NCBI GenBank assembly: GCA_037447605.1
Contig: CM074813.1
Location: 2,294,001-2,358,000 of the forward strand
Origin: Zygnema circumcarinatum SAG 698-1b
Lineage: Eukaryota; Plantae; Zygnematophyceae
DNA length: 64,000 nt
Direction: 5' to 3'
The notes beneath the pieces were generated by a model, which had not been told where the DNA came from, did not search any database, and was given only the letters and a program-made list of their open reading frames with translations. Shown in pieces: positions 35,715-48,269 of the stretch. The position numbers and the translations under genes are program-made. Numbering within the stretch: position 1 is the first letter of the stretch; each line of letters opens with the position of its first letter.

Positions 35715-36655
35715 TATATCTCCTTGACTCCTCTCCGATGATCACACCATCCTTCTCCACTGAGCAAAACAGTTTCGACGGCATGCGCAGGTCACAATGT
35801 AGGGAAGATTTAGCCTGAAAAGGTTACTTTGGCAGTGACATTCGCCTCTTCTCTGGCGTACAGTTCCTGCTCGACCTCCCCTGTTACCGCACTCGAGCAG
35901 AATTGCAGACACTTTCTCCGTCCCTGAGCCCTTAACGCTTCGCCTAAGACAAGTTAGAGTTCACTTCAGCTACAGACTTTCAGTGGCCGAATCCCGCAAC
36001 AGCTCACGCCTCTGTTACGTCAGCGACCCTAGCTCACGAGCACAAGTTGCAGGACTTACAAACTATGTGAACTTCCAGAAACCTACGGTCCTTGCTAGTT
36101 TTCTCTGCACTCACGGTTGCAGCGAAACTCTCAAACTGCCTCTCGCAATGGCCTCCGCCTCCTTTCCTCCCATCTGCGAGCTCTCTCCCACGTATAGCAG
36201 GTATCTCTCATGCCACGACGCGCAGAGATCACACCCTGTCTTCCAAATACCGCCATGGCCGCGCGGCTTCGACAGGCGGGTAAGCACCTGTCCACGGGCG
36301 AGGCGAGGAGGGGCTCCAGGCAGCCATGGACATGGCGTCAGCTCTGTCTCCGTCAGCGAGCGACAGGGAGGCCGACGAGCCCGGCTTTCCCGCCAGTCAG
36401 CCCTTCCGTTCGTACATGTACCGTACGTCAATGTACGGCACATGGTGTACGGCCCTCCAAAGTGTACGGTTTGCTCCGGGCAGGGCGGGCCGCTTGCAGA
36501 TCGGCCGTACGACCCGGATCCTGCGGCCGGGAGCGGAACGGGGGAAGGACACGTGGCGAAGGATGCGGGATGCGCGTACGGCCGATGACGTGGCGCTTGG
36601 AGACACCTCCGGTCGGGAGACTCGGAACGGGACAGCCGTGGGGGGGGTGCTGGCC

Positions 36656-36874
36656 GGCATGGCATGGCATGGCATGGCCTGGCATGGCATGGCATGGCCT
36701 GGCATGGCATGGCATGGCCTGGCATGGCATGGCATGGCCTGGCATGGCATGGCATGGCCTGGCATGGCATGACATGGCCTGGCATGGCATGGCATGGCCT
36801 GGCATGGCATGGCATGGCCTGGCATGGCATGGCATGGCCTGGCATGGCATGGCATGGCCTGGCATGGCATGGCC
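36656..36874. repeat. Higher-order satellite [(GGCAT)3 GGCCT]n
   Basis: Ten complete 20-bp units at 36661-36860, with a single G>A change at 36772. Confidence 0.97.
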
Positions 36875-36892
36875 GAGAGGGGGATGCATGCA

Positions 36893-36934
36893 TGGATGGA
36901 TGGATGGATGGATGGATGGATGGATGGATGGATG
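36893..36934. repeat. (TGGA)n microsatellite
   Basis: Read directly from the sequence; it sits next to the GGCAT satellite. Confidence 0.95.
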
Positions 36935-38256
36935 GGCATGCATCGCACCATGGCGACGGCATGAGATGGACTGTGCATGGACACACAGGATGGGTAGAAC
37001 CGATGTGAACCGGTCGCATATGGCCTATTTCTAAAACGAACGAAAGCTGCTAGCTGCTGCCTGCTGCTGTCTGCTTCTAGTTTCATCGGCGCTTCTGGTT
37101 TCACCGGCCCTTGTGTAGATAGGCCCTCGTTTCTATTTCATTTTCGCTTCGTTTGGTTTCGTCTTCTTCTTCTTGATTTCATTTTCCTTGATTAAGTTTA
37201 GATTTGTTATACCGGGTTCGGTGTGATTCGGTTTGGTTCCATCTTCTTCTAGTGTCATTCGTAGGCTCCGCTCGCGATCCGTCAGATCGTTCCGCAGGTG
37301 GGTTCAGTCTCTGCGCCCCCTGTACATTGGCGGCCGGGCCCGCCAGCCACCATGGCATGCATGCATGCATGCCCATTAATGCATGCCCCCAGGTTCCATC
37401 CGTGCGCCGCGGCCCGCCCGTCATAAAGCCACCAGGCGGTCCAGCCCAGCGCCTCGCCCCGCTCCCCCCGCCAGCCCGCCACATGCAATCATGTGCATCA
37501 TGTCCTCTACATTTCCGCCCGCAGCTCCGGCCTGCGTCCGTCCATCCGTCCGTCCGTCCGCCAGGCGGAGCCCAGCGCACCCTAAGGGCCCAGGCCCCGA
37601 CGAGAAGCTCCGCCCACGCTCATTGAAGCTGCCAGTACATTACTGGACCGACCGGTCCATGCGGTACGGCCAGGGCCGGGCGCAAGCAAGCAAGCGAGCG
37701 AGTACCCAGGGGATGAATGCAGCGACCACGGCGGCCAGCGCAACCGCCCGGCCGGGCGACCGGCCGCCCGCCCGCCCGCCCGAGCGGGTCCTTCGCAGGG
37801 GCTGCCGATCTTCCTCCCCTCAGCGCGTGTCTGGGCCCACGTGGCGTGTGCGCAGTGGCCAGTCGGGGCGGCCAGATCCCTGCTGGCGGCCGCGCTGGCA
37901 GTTGAACGGGGCCGGGCCGCACGCTGCTCGACGACACGGGGCGTACGGCGTGGATCGTACAGAATACAGTACTGTACAGTACAGTAACGTAGGTACGGCA
38001 GTAGCCTTCCGGGGGCCCAGGGGCCTAGGCGAGACATCTTGAACGACTGCCAATCAGGGATTGCCCACGTCTGCAAGGCTCTTGACGTGGCAGGCTGTGA
38101 GTGGCCCAGTCGAGCGACAGGCCTCTAAAGGCGGGGAGTCCCTTCCGCCTCACGACCATTCTCGGGCTGTGCCGAGTGCCAGATCGCCCTCGCGTCTCCC
38201 ACGCCCTCCCGCGCGCTGCAGACCTAGGGCTGCACCCAGCCATCCTGCCTGCAGCC

Positions 38257-41200
38257 ATGCCGGGCCTGGAGGAGCCGTCGGGGAGCGTGCTCCTAGAAGA
38301 TGAAGACTACCTTCGCGCATTCTCTCTCTCTGCATCGGAATTATGCGCAGTTCCAGGTCTCTCTCTCTTTCTTCTCCTCCTCCGGTCTCCGGATGTGAAG
38401 GCTGGTTGAATAGCGCACTCTCTGTAGCTGCCACTATCTTTGCTTGAATTTCCCTTTTTTTTTACACCCTGCTTGTCTTTATCCCTTGCCTTCACCTCTC
38501 CCTTCCCAACCCTTTTATCGTCCGCAGAGCTTTTATTGTTTGATTATTGTTATTCGCGCTTCTGGCTTGCAAAAAGAGGCGAGTGCTGTATACTTTGATG
38601 CAACATATGGTCTGGAAAGAGCATTTGGCGCATTTTGTGGTTCAAGAGCACAGACATGCAACGTTTTGGCCTGTCAAAAATATAACGAGAATGTCATTTG
38701 ATTAGGATTCTAAGGTTCAAGGTATTTTCTCGCCGAAGATTTTTCACAGACCAAAAATCGCTGGTAAAGAATGAGAAGTCGTCCACTAGTCTATCGGAAT
38801 TGTTTGTTCCATGGCGCTCTGGCAGCAACAAATTCATTCTTTCGCTGCAATCTTCGAAACGCAAGCCCTGCTCAAGTCAAGTCAAGCCTAGTAAAAAGAT
38901 TCGAGTGACGGATGTCAATATGTCAATATTGACTAACAACTGTCGTTCGACTGAACACTTGGGCTTCTGCAGACCTTCTTGAAGGCTCTGTTCAATTGAT
39001 GTGATGTAAACCATCAGAATAGGCCTTCTGTTCGGCTTTTCAGACACTCACTTTTCATCAAAATATCGTTCGTTGAGGGCAATCGAAAGCACGTCCAGGC
39101 TAGTATAAGTGTGGTTTGGCTAATTAACGTTAATGGTAAAGCTGGCGTAGGCGTGATCATGGAAATCACCAAGACTGGAAGCGTATGAGAAGGAGCAAGG
39201 CTGAGTCTTGCTTCTTTTCGTGTCGTTTGGATTCTTCCATTCCGACAATTCTGGAAGCAACTAAATCACGATATTGCTGGATATAGGAGGGAGAAAGTGC
39301 ATTTTGCAAGTCAATATTAGAACGTGGTCAACGGGGAACGGGCTTGGAAGAATCAGCGGGGAAAGAAGACCATGTTGAGCTTGACTCTTGACTTGGAAAA
39401 ATATAGAGATTATATTTTATATTATATTTTATATTTTATTTTATATTTTTCTTGAGACGTGCTTGCAAAACTGTTCGGATGGCAGGGGGCACTTCAGATG
39501 AAGCTGTGCGGCAGTTCTTGTCCACATATCCTCTTCCAAATATTTTCAGGTACAGGGAGCTTCTTGTCTGCTTGCAAAGTTATATTCGTAGTAAGAGCTT
39601 CTTCAATCATTTAGCTACCCTGCCAACTACATTGTGCTTTTATGGGGGTGCAAAAAATCTGGCAAAATTTGGCAGAATTCTGGAAAAGGCGAGTCAAGGA
39701 TCGGCGCTGGAGTCTGGAGCAGTTGCAGCTCTGCAGCGCATATTTCAGTCTGACTATGGAGCAGCAATGATCCCCCAAGTTTTGGTACAGACTCTCATTA
39801 TACAAAAGTCTCACTCCCTCTTTATCATGCAGGACACTCTCTAAATGCTATTCTTACTTTTTTCACTTATCGAGAGACTCTTCCTTATTGTTTTCTCTGT
39901 TGTGCTGTTCCATGCCAGCCATACAGTAATATGGGCCTCAAGGCGGTGTCGCCAGCCGTGCGGAGACTCTCTTGCTTTGCTGTAAGTTGGGAGAAAAAAG
40001 GGGAGTAGGGAAAGAGTGGGAACTTCTCAGCAGTTAGCTACCTTTGTACTTCCTGTATTTCTTTTCTGAAGTTTTTGGATGATTTGATTGGCTACAGATT
40101 TCTCAGCTTCTTGGAAGCAGTGGAGCAGCATCAGTTGATAGTATGAACGATGTCGACATAGAGCTCTTGCTGGATACCATGGCTGACAGGTGACAAACTG
40201 GTACAGCATATCCAGATACTTCATTTTAGGTCTCAAATTTTTTGTTCTGTGCCTGTGTGAACACTGTTGCTTATCAGCAACTGCTTTGCCTTTCAGAGTT
40301 TATCGAAAACTGGTTTGTGTTCTTAGGGTTCTAAAAACCTTAAATGCGAGGGAGGGGGGCTCACACAGCGAATCTGGAGTGGCTTCTGCAGCTGCCGATG
40401 TGCTGAAGAAACTTGCCCTCCTTCCGGAAGGCTTGGTAGGCACAGATCTGCTCCAATATGCATATCAATGTGGTGGCATTGATCCCAAGCACCTAAGAAA
40501 AATCCATAGTCCATATATATCGTTGACGATGACAATGCTGACGACTGCAGTCATTGATTTCTTGCATAACGAATGTAGTGAACTTTCTTCTTTTCTGACT
40601 TTGATAAAAAGCGTTCACCCATTATTTCTTAACTTAATTTTGATGAGAGGGGAGCGCAGGATCTCATCTTTGAGGGCAACGAGTTGGCGGGAATGGTGTC
40701 ACAAGGCTCTCCTACAGTACGAAAACGTCTCCCTCTTCATCATTTATTCTAAAAACTTTCCACTTCCTTAGATTTCTTCAGATTTTGACTCTCCTTTGTC
40801 AAATTTCCAAACATCCGTTTTGTCCATCAAATTCTATTCTGAGACTTCTACTTATGTTCTGTTGCAGGTACGAATGCGAGTTTTAGAGCTGATGGCAGCC
40901 ATGGCAGAGAACTCGGAGCCGGCCATGAGACTTGTGGTGCGGATGGGAATGGCAGCAGCGCTGAACCGCGAGATTGCGCTCTCTGAGGAGGACACGTTGG
41001 CAGCTGTCAATGCTCTGGAGCTTCTTGGGAAGGTTCCTCCACTCGCTCTTATAATCCTGAAGTAGCTGATTCTGGCTTCAACCTTGACCTAAATGACAGC
41101 AACCTTGTGCTGTTCTGTCAAGGGTCTGTCTCTCTCTCTTCTCTCTCTCTCTCTCGCCCTTTTCCTTCCCTCTCTTTATGCTAGCTGGTAAGGATGCTGA

Positions 41201-43559
41201 AGACGACACCAAAGGCTGCTGGAATGGTGACAGTTGGCGTCCTCTCGTAACGGATTGAGGTTCATCGCGGCAGCGCATGTAACGCCTCGCCTGCAGACTA
41301 TCATCAGGTGGGAGAGGGGTAGTGTGGACCCCATCATTTTCTCACTACTCACTATTTCCCACACCAAGAGAATGCGGCTTTCCTAGCCACTCCGCCCTTT
41401 GTTGAAAACAAATCTTACTACCTTCCCTACGTCCGGCGTCGCCATTTGTCTTCTTTTCATTTTTCCACTGCCGCCATTAGGCTTCGGTCCCTGTTTTAGC
41501 AGCAGCGCAACCCAAACTAAAGGCTTTTCTTTCTCTGCACCCTTGTACGGCTCTGGTATCAAAGGCAGTTCTCCAAACACTCACAGCATGGTGCGGGCAG
41601 CAGCCATGACTGCCACAGCGAAGCTGTTGAGAGCGGAGGAGAGACAGCTGGCGAATATCTCCGATGCAGGTAGTAGCCATGCCCAGCTTTGTAGAGCTTC
41701 TGGGCAGTAGGAGCTCCTTAGATTGTAGGCCTTTCAGAGTTCTAACGCTGACCTGTGTCTCTAGCAGATGCTGCAATGCTCATGGGTGCACTTGACGACC
41801 ATGTTGTGCGACTAATGTCTGCGGAGGATATGGACCGCCGTGCAAACGAGGAGGAGACTGCGGCAGCCATGGACGCCATGGCGCAGCTGGGAACATGTGA
41901 GATCACAGAAGCAGCAGCTCTCTTCCTGTATTGCGGCTTAGTTGTTGCTGTCTACTGATATCGTCTTTCCTTCGTTTGCCCTTTCTTTCTTGCCGTATGG
42001 TGATTGTTTTTCTCCCCCTTATCTTCTGTTTTTTTCCCAGCCTTTGTGTGCCCCTCTCCCGCTCCTATCCTCTTCCTCCCTCCCTCACTCCCTTTTTGTT
42101 TCACGATCTCTTGCCCGTCCCCTTGCTGCCTCTCCTGCCTTGCGCTCAGCGCGAACGGGTGCGGAGCTTCTGCTTGCGGGAGAGCAACCGCCTGCTCGCC
42201 ACTTGACATCTGCAGTTTTCGACAGCCACACATCTTCTGGGGTGCATCTGGTGTGCCTCTCTCTCTTCCTTTCGCCTTGCCGCGCTTTCTCACAAACGCA
42301 AAAATGTCATTTCGAATATCCTTGTTTTCAGGAAGTGAGCTTGAGAGATCAACATTTATTGGCGACTGATGGTTATCAGTATAATGGATGGTGTGCAGGC
42401 GGCAGTGCATGCTGTGGCATCCATGGTTGGCGCAGAGAGGGAGGCGGAGGGAGAAGGAGGGCTGCTTAGTCCAGATGCGGAGGAGAAGCTGCGGCAACTT
42501 CTTTACTCGAGCGCTGCTGAATCAATCACAGGCCCAAGTTTATCGGTAAGGACCTTGCGATGTGGCCTTCCTTTTTATCTTTTTAACTTGACAAAGTGGA
42601 AAAGTGTTTTCCCCTTTTTTTCTTCTTCTCTCACAAGGGACCGTCATGTCCTTGGTGGATGACCAGAGTGGAGTGTTGAGCCTCCTCCGTCAAACAGAGG
42701 AGATGCGCATTGCGGTAAGTCCCTTTGCCTCACTCTTGTTTGCTGTCATTGAACACCTATTTTTCTCCTTTCGCTTCCTTTTTCCCTCTGTGAGCCCCAC
42801 ACCCCCCTCTTCCTCTCAGAGTACATGTATGCATGTGTTTTGTGGGTATGCATGGAAGGCAGATGTACCGCCTGATTGCTGCAATTGTTGCTCGACCATG
42901 GGCTCTTTCGGAGCTCTGCAGCAGTCCTGACATTGTGACGCTTGTCGTCGACTCTCGCACAGAGAGCAATCGCGCAGGTTAGAATTTCTCCCGAAATACT
43001 GACACAATTACATTATTACCTTCTCAGCTTGGTTCTAAGGACCAGCCTTCCTCTTGCGTTTGTTCTATCGGACCAAGATACGCGATTCTACTGGGTTTTT
43101 TCTATCAATTTCATTAGTGTTTAATGTGAGGCAGAGACTGTGGAATAACTCTATACGGCCTGCTCATTTCTGAGGTACTGGTGGTATGCAGCCATGGAGT
43201 GGAGGCATTCTTGCTGTGCAGCGATGGCGAGTGCGGCGAGAGCAGCAGAGGCGAGAGGTGGTGTCAGCGTGCCCAGCGATCTGCTCGCCCAGGTGGGTGA
43301 ATGCAGAACTCTGCAAAATTTGGGTTCCCCTCTCTGGCCGAATGGCCTCCAACAATTCTTATGGGGAGTGAGATTGGCCGGCATCAGTTGCTTCATTAGT
43401 ACGGTTTGGGGCGCCGAAAAATGGATTTAATTGGTGAGCTTGGCTGGAATGTGGGCTGCGGGCGGGCAGTTGGATGCGGCTTCTCGGCGGGGCCCATTCC
43501 TCATGGAACGGGAGGCGCGGGAAGCCATTCCCATTGTGGCAACTGCCCAGCGCATGTAG
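38257..43559 (+). CDS. PSMD5: 26S proteasome non-ATPase regulatory subunit 5 (S5b/Hsm3 assembly chaperone, ARM repeats), multi-exon
   Basis: In-frame GT-AG exon chain: ...ASELCAVP|GGTSDEAVRQFLSTYPLPNIF|RILE...AALQRIFQSDYGAAMIPQVL|PYSNMGLKAVSPAVRRLSCFA|...VRMRVLEL...DTLAAVNALELL...|AAVHAVASMVG...|MYRLIAAIVARPWALSELCS...|AMEWRHSCC...|LDAASRRGPFL...IPIVATAQRM*. It is colinear with plant PSMD5 (At3g15180-type) as recalled. Confidence 0.88.
39334..39388 (+). pseudogene. 55-bp fragment of cytosolic LSU (25S/28S) rRNA in intron 1 of PSMD5
   Basis: GGGAACGGGCTTGGAAGAATCAGCGGGGAAAGAAGACCATGTTGAGCTTGACTCT differs at 2 positions from the conserved LSU segment as I recall it (GGGAACGGGCTTGGCAGAATCAGCGGGGAAAGAAGACCCTGTTGAGCTTGACTCT). 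The flanks are not rRNA. Confidence 0.85.
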
Positions 43560-44032
43560 CACCGTGGGGAGCGCAGGACTCCTCAATTTTCTTCTGCTCA
43601 ACGGAGTGGCATGTTGGCTCTCTCAAAGCTCGAGTTTAGAAATAAGGGCTCCGCGCTGCTTGTATTTAGCATCATTGTAGACATCAGCATGCAATGGGAC
43701 ATAAAGCCAGGAGAGCAGTTCCAAACGTTTTTGAAGCCTTGGATATATACAAGTTGCATTAGCAGATGTCTTTGGCTACTTTTAGTGTTCAGACCTCTCA
43801 AAGCTTGTACATATAAACAGCAGACCATATATCTCGTGAACTATCAATGCAGCTATGGCGTGGTTTGAGATGCCCCTTTGGTTGTCCTATAAGCATCCAC
43901 CACCGCGAGGTTGTTAGAAGAGCAACGACACTGACATGTTGTGAAAGCACGCTTTATATAGAACCAAAATAAGGCCAAACCAAAATAAGCATTCTTCAAG
44001 ATTCCTGTTGTTCCATGTGCTTACGATCCTCT

Positions 44033-44559
44033 AAAGGGGGATATGTGGCATTTATCTCGCGATGGCGCTGCCACCAAATGCACATGGACAAAGTCATCAT
44101 GGGGAACCACGAAAAATCCAAACCGGCGTCGAGGCATCTCAACATCCGTAGAAACAAACTCGTCGGCCGTGTCACATCACGACGGGCATCTGCGCGCTCC
44201 TTGCGAAGGGCCGTATCGCGAGCAGCCCCGCCTTCACGGCGCGACAATAAATCGCGACGGGTGGGATCGGCCAACAACGCAACATCCCCAACACTGCGGC
44301 GAGCAGCCCCGTCCGCGAGGGAGAGAGGGAGGGAGGGAGGGAGGGAGGGAGGGAAGGAGGGAGGGAGGGCATCGACCTCCGCGCTCGCCGCGAGCAGGCA
44401 GGCGGTCGGTCGAGGGCGCGCAATAATGCGGCGCGGCTCGCGGCGCGCACAACATCCATCACGAGCCGAAACGCGCGCGCAGCGAAGGGGATGGCCGCCC
44501 TCCCTCCTAAGAATCGATCGAATCCCCACGAACACGAGGAAAACCCTGCAAAGGGGGTG
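44033..44559. repeat. Dispersed composite repeat, copy 2, internally deleted relative to 3781-4603
   Basis: The short-repeat motif (44033-44113) is joined directly to the homologue of 4183-4603. It also shows a (GAGG)n expansion at 44319-44368 and a 12-bp deletion near 44475. Confidence 0.85.
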
Positions 44560-44723
44560 AAGGACCAGCACAAAAGCGGAGCCTAGCACGCGCAACATCG
44601 GAAGGGAGAGCCGTAGTAAGGGTAGAAAACTCAGCAGCAACATCCTCCTAAATAATAAAACCTGAATACTGTACTGGGATCTGTATGGGGTGGCTTGTAA
44701 GGGCAAGCCAATATCACGTTTGT

Positions 44724-44995
44724 GGTCATGACCCGTGACCGGTCTTCATGACCTTCGATCTGGTAAGACCGGGTCGTGACCAGGTCATAGTCACGTGGCA
44801 CCGCGAGTCATGACCAATGATTGACTAACTATCTATCTGAGTCCTGACTGAACCAACAATCGCCACGTGGCAGCAGCAGGTAGCGCACCTGACCGGACGA
44901 CGACTGCGATATTTCCGTTCGTGCTACGTCACCACCACGGCGGATTCAGCGTACGCCACGTGACACAATGGCAGATTCAGGTGGTGCCACGTGGC
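44724..44995. promoter_or_regulatory. TGAC/GTCA cluster plus four G-boxes upstream of the EF-hand gene
   Basis: 10 TGAC/GTCA at 44725-44825. CACGTG(GC) at 44792, 44862, 44955 and 44986. The ATG is at 45392. Confidence 0.45.
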
Positions 44996-45391
44996 ACCAT
45001 GCCTTGACCTTATGGGGAGAGGGTCAAGGACGGTCCCATGGGCCTGCACGCCATTGGCTGACCTTTCGTCCTTGGCGTGCATCGTCCAATGGAAACCCGC
45101 CATGTGTAAGGATAGTTCCACAGCGTCCCGTCCAGCAGGTCGCCCTTCTCCGAAGCCTCCGCCCGCCTGCTGGGAAGGGAGCGCTGCTACGGGCACCCCA
45201 CCCCCCCCGGGGCCGGGGGAGTGCGCATACACGCGAGGGAGAGGACGGGGAGGGAGGGGTGAGAAAGGAGAGGAGAGTAGAGGAGAAGGGAGGGAAGGCG
45301 AAGGAGTGAAGGAAAAGAAGAGGAGAGGAGGAGAGGCTAGCAAAGAGAAGAGGGTGTGATCAGGGAAGGGCCTCTTGCTTCTGCAGTCAGC

Positions 45392-47519
45392 ATGCCTCCG
45401 TTGCCGCAGAAGGGCGACATATTGGATGGCGGCAAGCTGCGGGAGCTCGTAGAGAATGATGCAGAGTTCAAGAAGTACATTGACGCTGAGTTTGATGAAC
45501 TTGATAGCAATCACAATGGCAAGCTGTCGAAGGAGGAGTTGCGGCCAGCCATCCTGAAGATTGCAGAGCTTTCAGGGCTGCCGCCTCCAGGGACTAAGCA
45601 GGAGGCGGATGCGCTTGTGGAGGGCGTTTTTCAGTCTTTGTATAACAAGGATTTGGACTCGGAGCTTGACCGGGAAACATTTGCAGCTGTCAGCCGGGAC
45701 ATTTTGTACGAGATTGCTACGGGCCTGCAAGGTTGACTGCCTGTTCTGATCGTGGAAAAGAATAATGGCAGGGCGGACGTGTACAGGATTTGCTTAATGT
45801 TCATTACACTCTTGTCTTCTTATTTGCTATATGCTTTTGTCCATTGTCATTCATTTCTTTTTGTTGTCTCTGTTTTTGGCGGTTAATAATGCTTCCGATT
45901 TTCCCTTATTTTTCCGTTTGATTTAGTGCTGGTATGAACTTGCGGATATTTTGCCATTTGTGTAGAGCAGCAGAAATGTGCAAAAATAAATACTGTATTT
46001 TCTGTGTGAGTATATGACAACTCTAATCTTGGTCAAGACGGCTTTTAGGCTGCACTGTCTGTGGCTGAGGTAAGAGTGACTACGAAGCGGCAGAGACTGA
46101 CTTTTGGTTCCTGGTATACGTTGGATGCAGAGGACCCGTTGTTGGTGGCAGTCGTTGATGGCAGTGCGCTGAAGGAGCTGCTGTCTGACAAGGAGGAGTT
46201 TGCAGCCATGGCGGAAAGCATGTTCACAGAGCTCGACGCGGACAAGAGTGGGAAGCTCGACCGCAAAGAGCTGAAGACGGCGGTTCAAGCACTTGGTCTC
46301 GACCAACAGAGCCCCTCGGCAGAAGGTGTGTGCCACCATACACCTTCACAACGGGGCAGATATGTGGAGGCGAGCTCTGGGAGGACCTCATTAAGCTTCG
46401 CTGGTCTTTGCATTACTGTAGTCAGGGGTATCGAGCAGTCGCAACCGCCAATTGACTTGTTCTACTTTCTGATAACAATCCTACTCGGGTTGATGTTTTG
46501 CAGGTGAATCCATCATCAGTGACGTTTTAGCGAAGTATGCTCATGGCGAGCAGCTATTGGATAAAGACGAATTCACAAAGCTGCTTACAGACGTGCTCGT
46601 CGAGCTTGCAGACACACTTGCGGCCAAACCCATTTACATCGCACATGATGTGAAGGTTCTCAATGGAGCACCTATCCGCAAGGTGAGACTGCTAGAAGCA
46701 TTTCCGAGTCCTATGATTTTAAGGTTATGTTTAAGTTTAAGCTGATGAGGTGTGTAGGGTGTCCTGCTTTCATGTTGTGCTCTATGCCAAATGTATATAA
46801 ATGGTGCGGTCAGTGCTTATGGGTCTAAGCCTGGAAGCTGTCTGCGGAGGCACTGGAAATAGTTGAATTCAGTAGACATCTACGTCGGCTCCGTTCAAAA
46901 TGTATGGTCTTAGTCAACTAACTGCAACAGTATGCCAGAATGTAAAAGCTGCTTTCTGTCTATATGGTTGATGCACGTGGGAAAGCGGGGTTACAGTGCA
47001 TCAATTGTTGTAACTAGTTGTGACAAACGACGAGAATTGATTAAAACTCGTGCTAGCTAGCATATTTTAGTTTTCCTTTCACCACATGGTGATTTCGTAG
47101 TTATTTGCTTCGCGATGCCTGTCTCTGTTTCTGTTATTCACCAGCAGCAATGTGATCAGTTGCCTTGTTTGTCGCGGCTGTGTGGCGGCATGCAGCTGCT
47201 TAACAATGAGGAGCTGCTGCAAAAAGCCTGTGAAGAGATGTTCCAAGAGTGGGATACTTCCAATGACGGAAAGCTCAGTAAAGGAGAGGTCGCAGAAGGC
47301 TTCCGGAAGCTGGGTCTCGCCTTTGGGCTGCCGCCTCCCGAGTCGCAAGAAAAGGCTGAAGCGCTTTACGCGGCGGTGTTTGATGCGGCGGATTATGACC
47401 ATTCAGGGTTTGTGGACAAAGCGGAATTCGCCATTGTGGTGAAGGCGCTCTTTACGAACATCGCAGCTCTGCTTGAGGAGAATCCCATCATCGTCGAGTC
47501 CACAATCATCTCTTCATAA
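45392..47519 (+). CDS. Calcium-binding protein with three tandem EF-hand pairs (At5g28830/At2g44310-like); exons 45392-45731, 46131-46325, 46504-46682, 47196-47519, 345 aa
   Basis: Three homologous modules beginning ILDGGKLRELVENDAEF, VVDGSALKELLSDKEEF and VLNGAPIRKLLNNEELL. Loops DSNHNGKLSKEE, DADKSGKLDRKE, DTSNDGKLSKGE and DYDHSGFVDKAE. All junctions are in frame. Confidence 0.9.
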
Positions 47520-48269
47520 GATTACCGCTCTGCTCCTTCCTCCTTCTGGGTTCAAGTAACAGGGCTGAGAATGACGTGTACTTATATTTTAATTTTGTCT
47601 AGTTGTATTTGATCTGCTTGCCTTTTTATCGGAAATAGTTTCGGTTATTGACGGAATCGTTTGATACGCCAATTTTGAAGGAGGTGTTTTTTAAACGTGG
47701 CAGGTCAAGGCCATTCACATGCATACATGCATGTGTTGGCGGGTTAGAGCTGCGACAACTGCTATGCACAGGCACGCCCACTGTTTGGGATGTTCTGGGA
47801 CCTTACTGAAGACGAGCTTTCCTGAGAGTTCGTAATGATACCTGATTTCCCGATACGAAGCAAAGTAAGGAACTGGAGGCAGTTCCATATAAGTGAAGTG
47901 GCTGATGTTATGGCTGGAATATGATAATGCCGCGTGCTTCTATATCCATGTTTATCTTCTTTGCAATTCCGTTTGCTCTTTTGTAGAAACCTCGTAGGAC
48001 GAGAAGCATGCAGGCACAGAAAGCAACGGAGCCAACCAGCCAGACGTCGCCACGACTGCGTGCTGCAGTAAACGCTGAGTGTTGAACACAGTGCCAAGCA
48101 GGCTGAGGCTCACCGCTCCCTGCTTAATGAAGAATATTTAAGCTGCAAAATTAAATGTGGTCGGCGGTCAGTTGGTGAGTCGGTCGGTCGGTTAATTGAA
48201 ATTCTTCAAGTCAATAACACGAGCCGTACCATCCCACAACAAAATCTCCCTCGCTTCACTTGACTTGGA

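Noticed and set aside
36111-37104. Long overlapping ORFs with [15 protein letters not shown] or WHGMA repeats
   Set aside because: They are translations of the GGCAT satellite, which has no stop codons in any frame. No splice or start support.
39090-39190. WLINVNGKAGVGVIME, reminiscent of a LINE RNase H motif, near the rRNA fragment
   Set aside because: Only about 30 codons between stops, with no other LINE motifs. Not supportable without a profile search.
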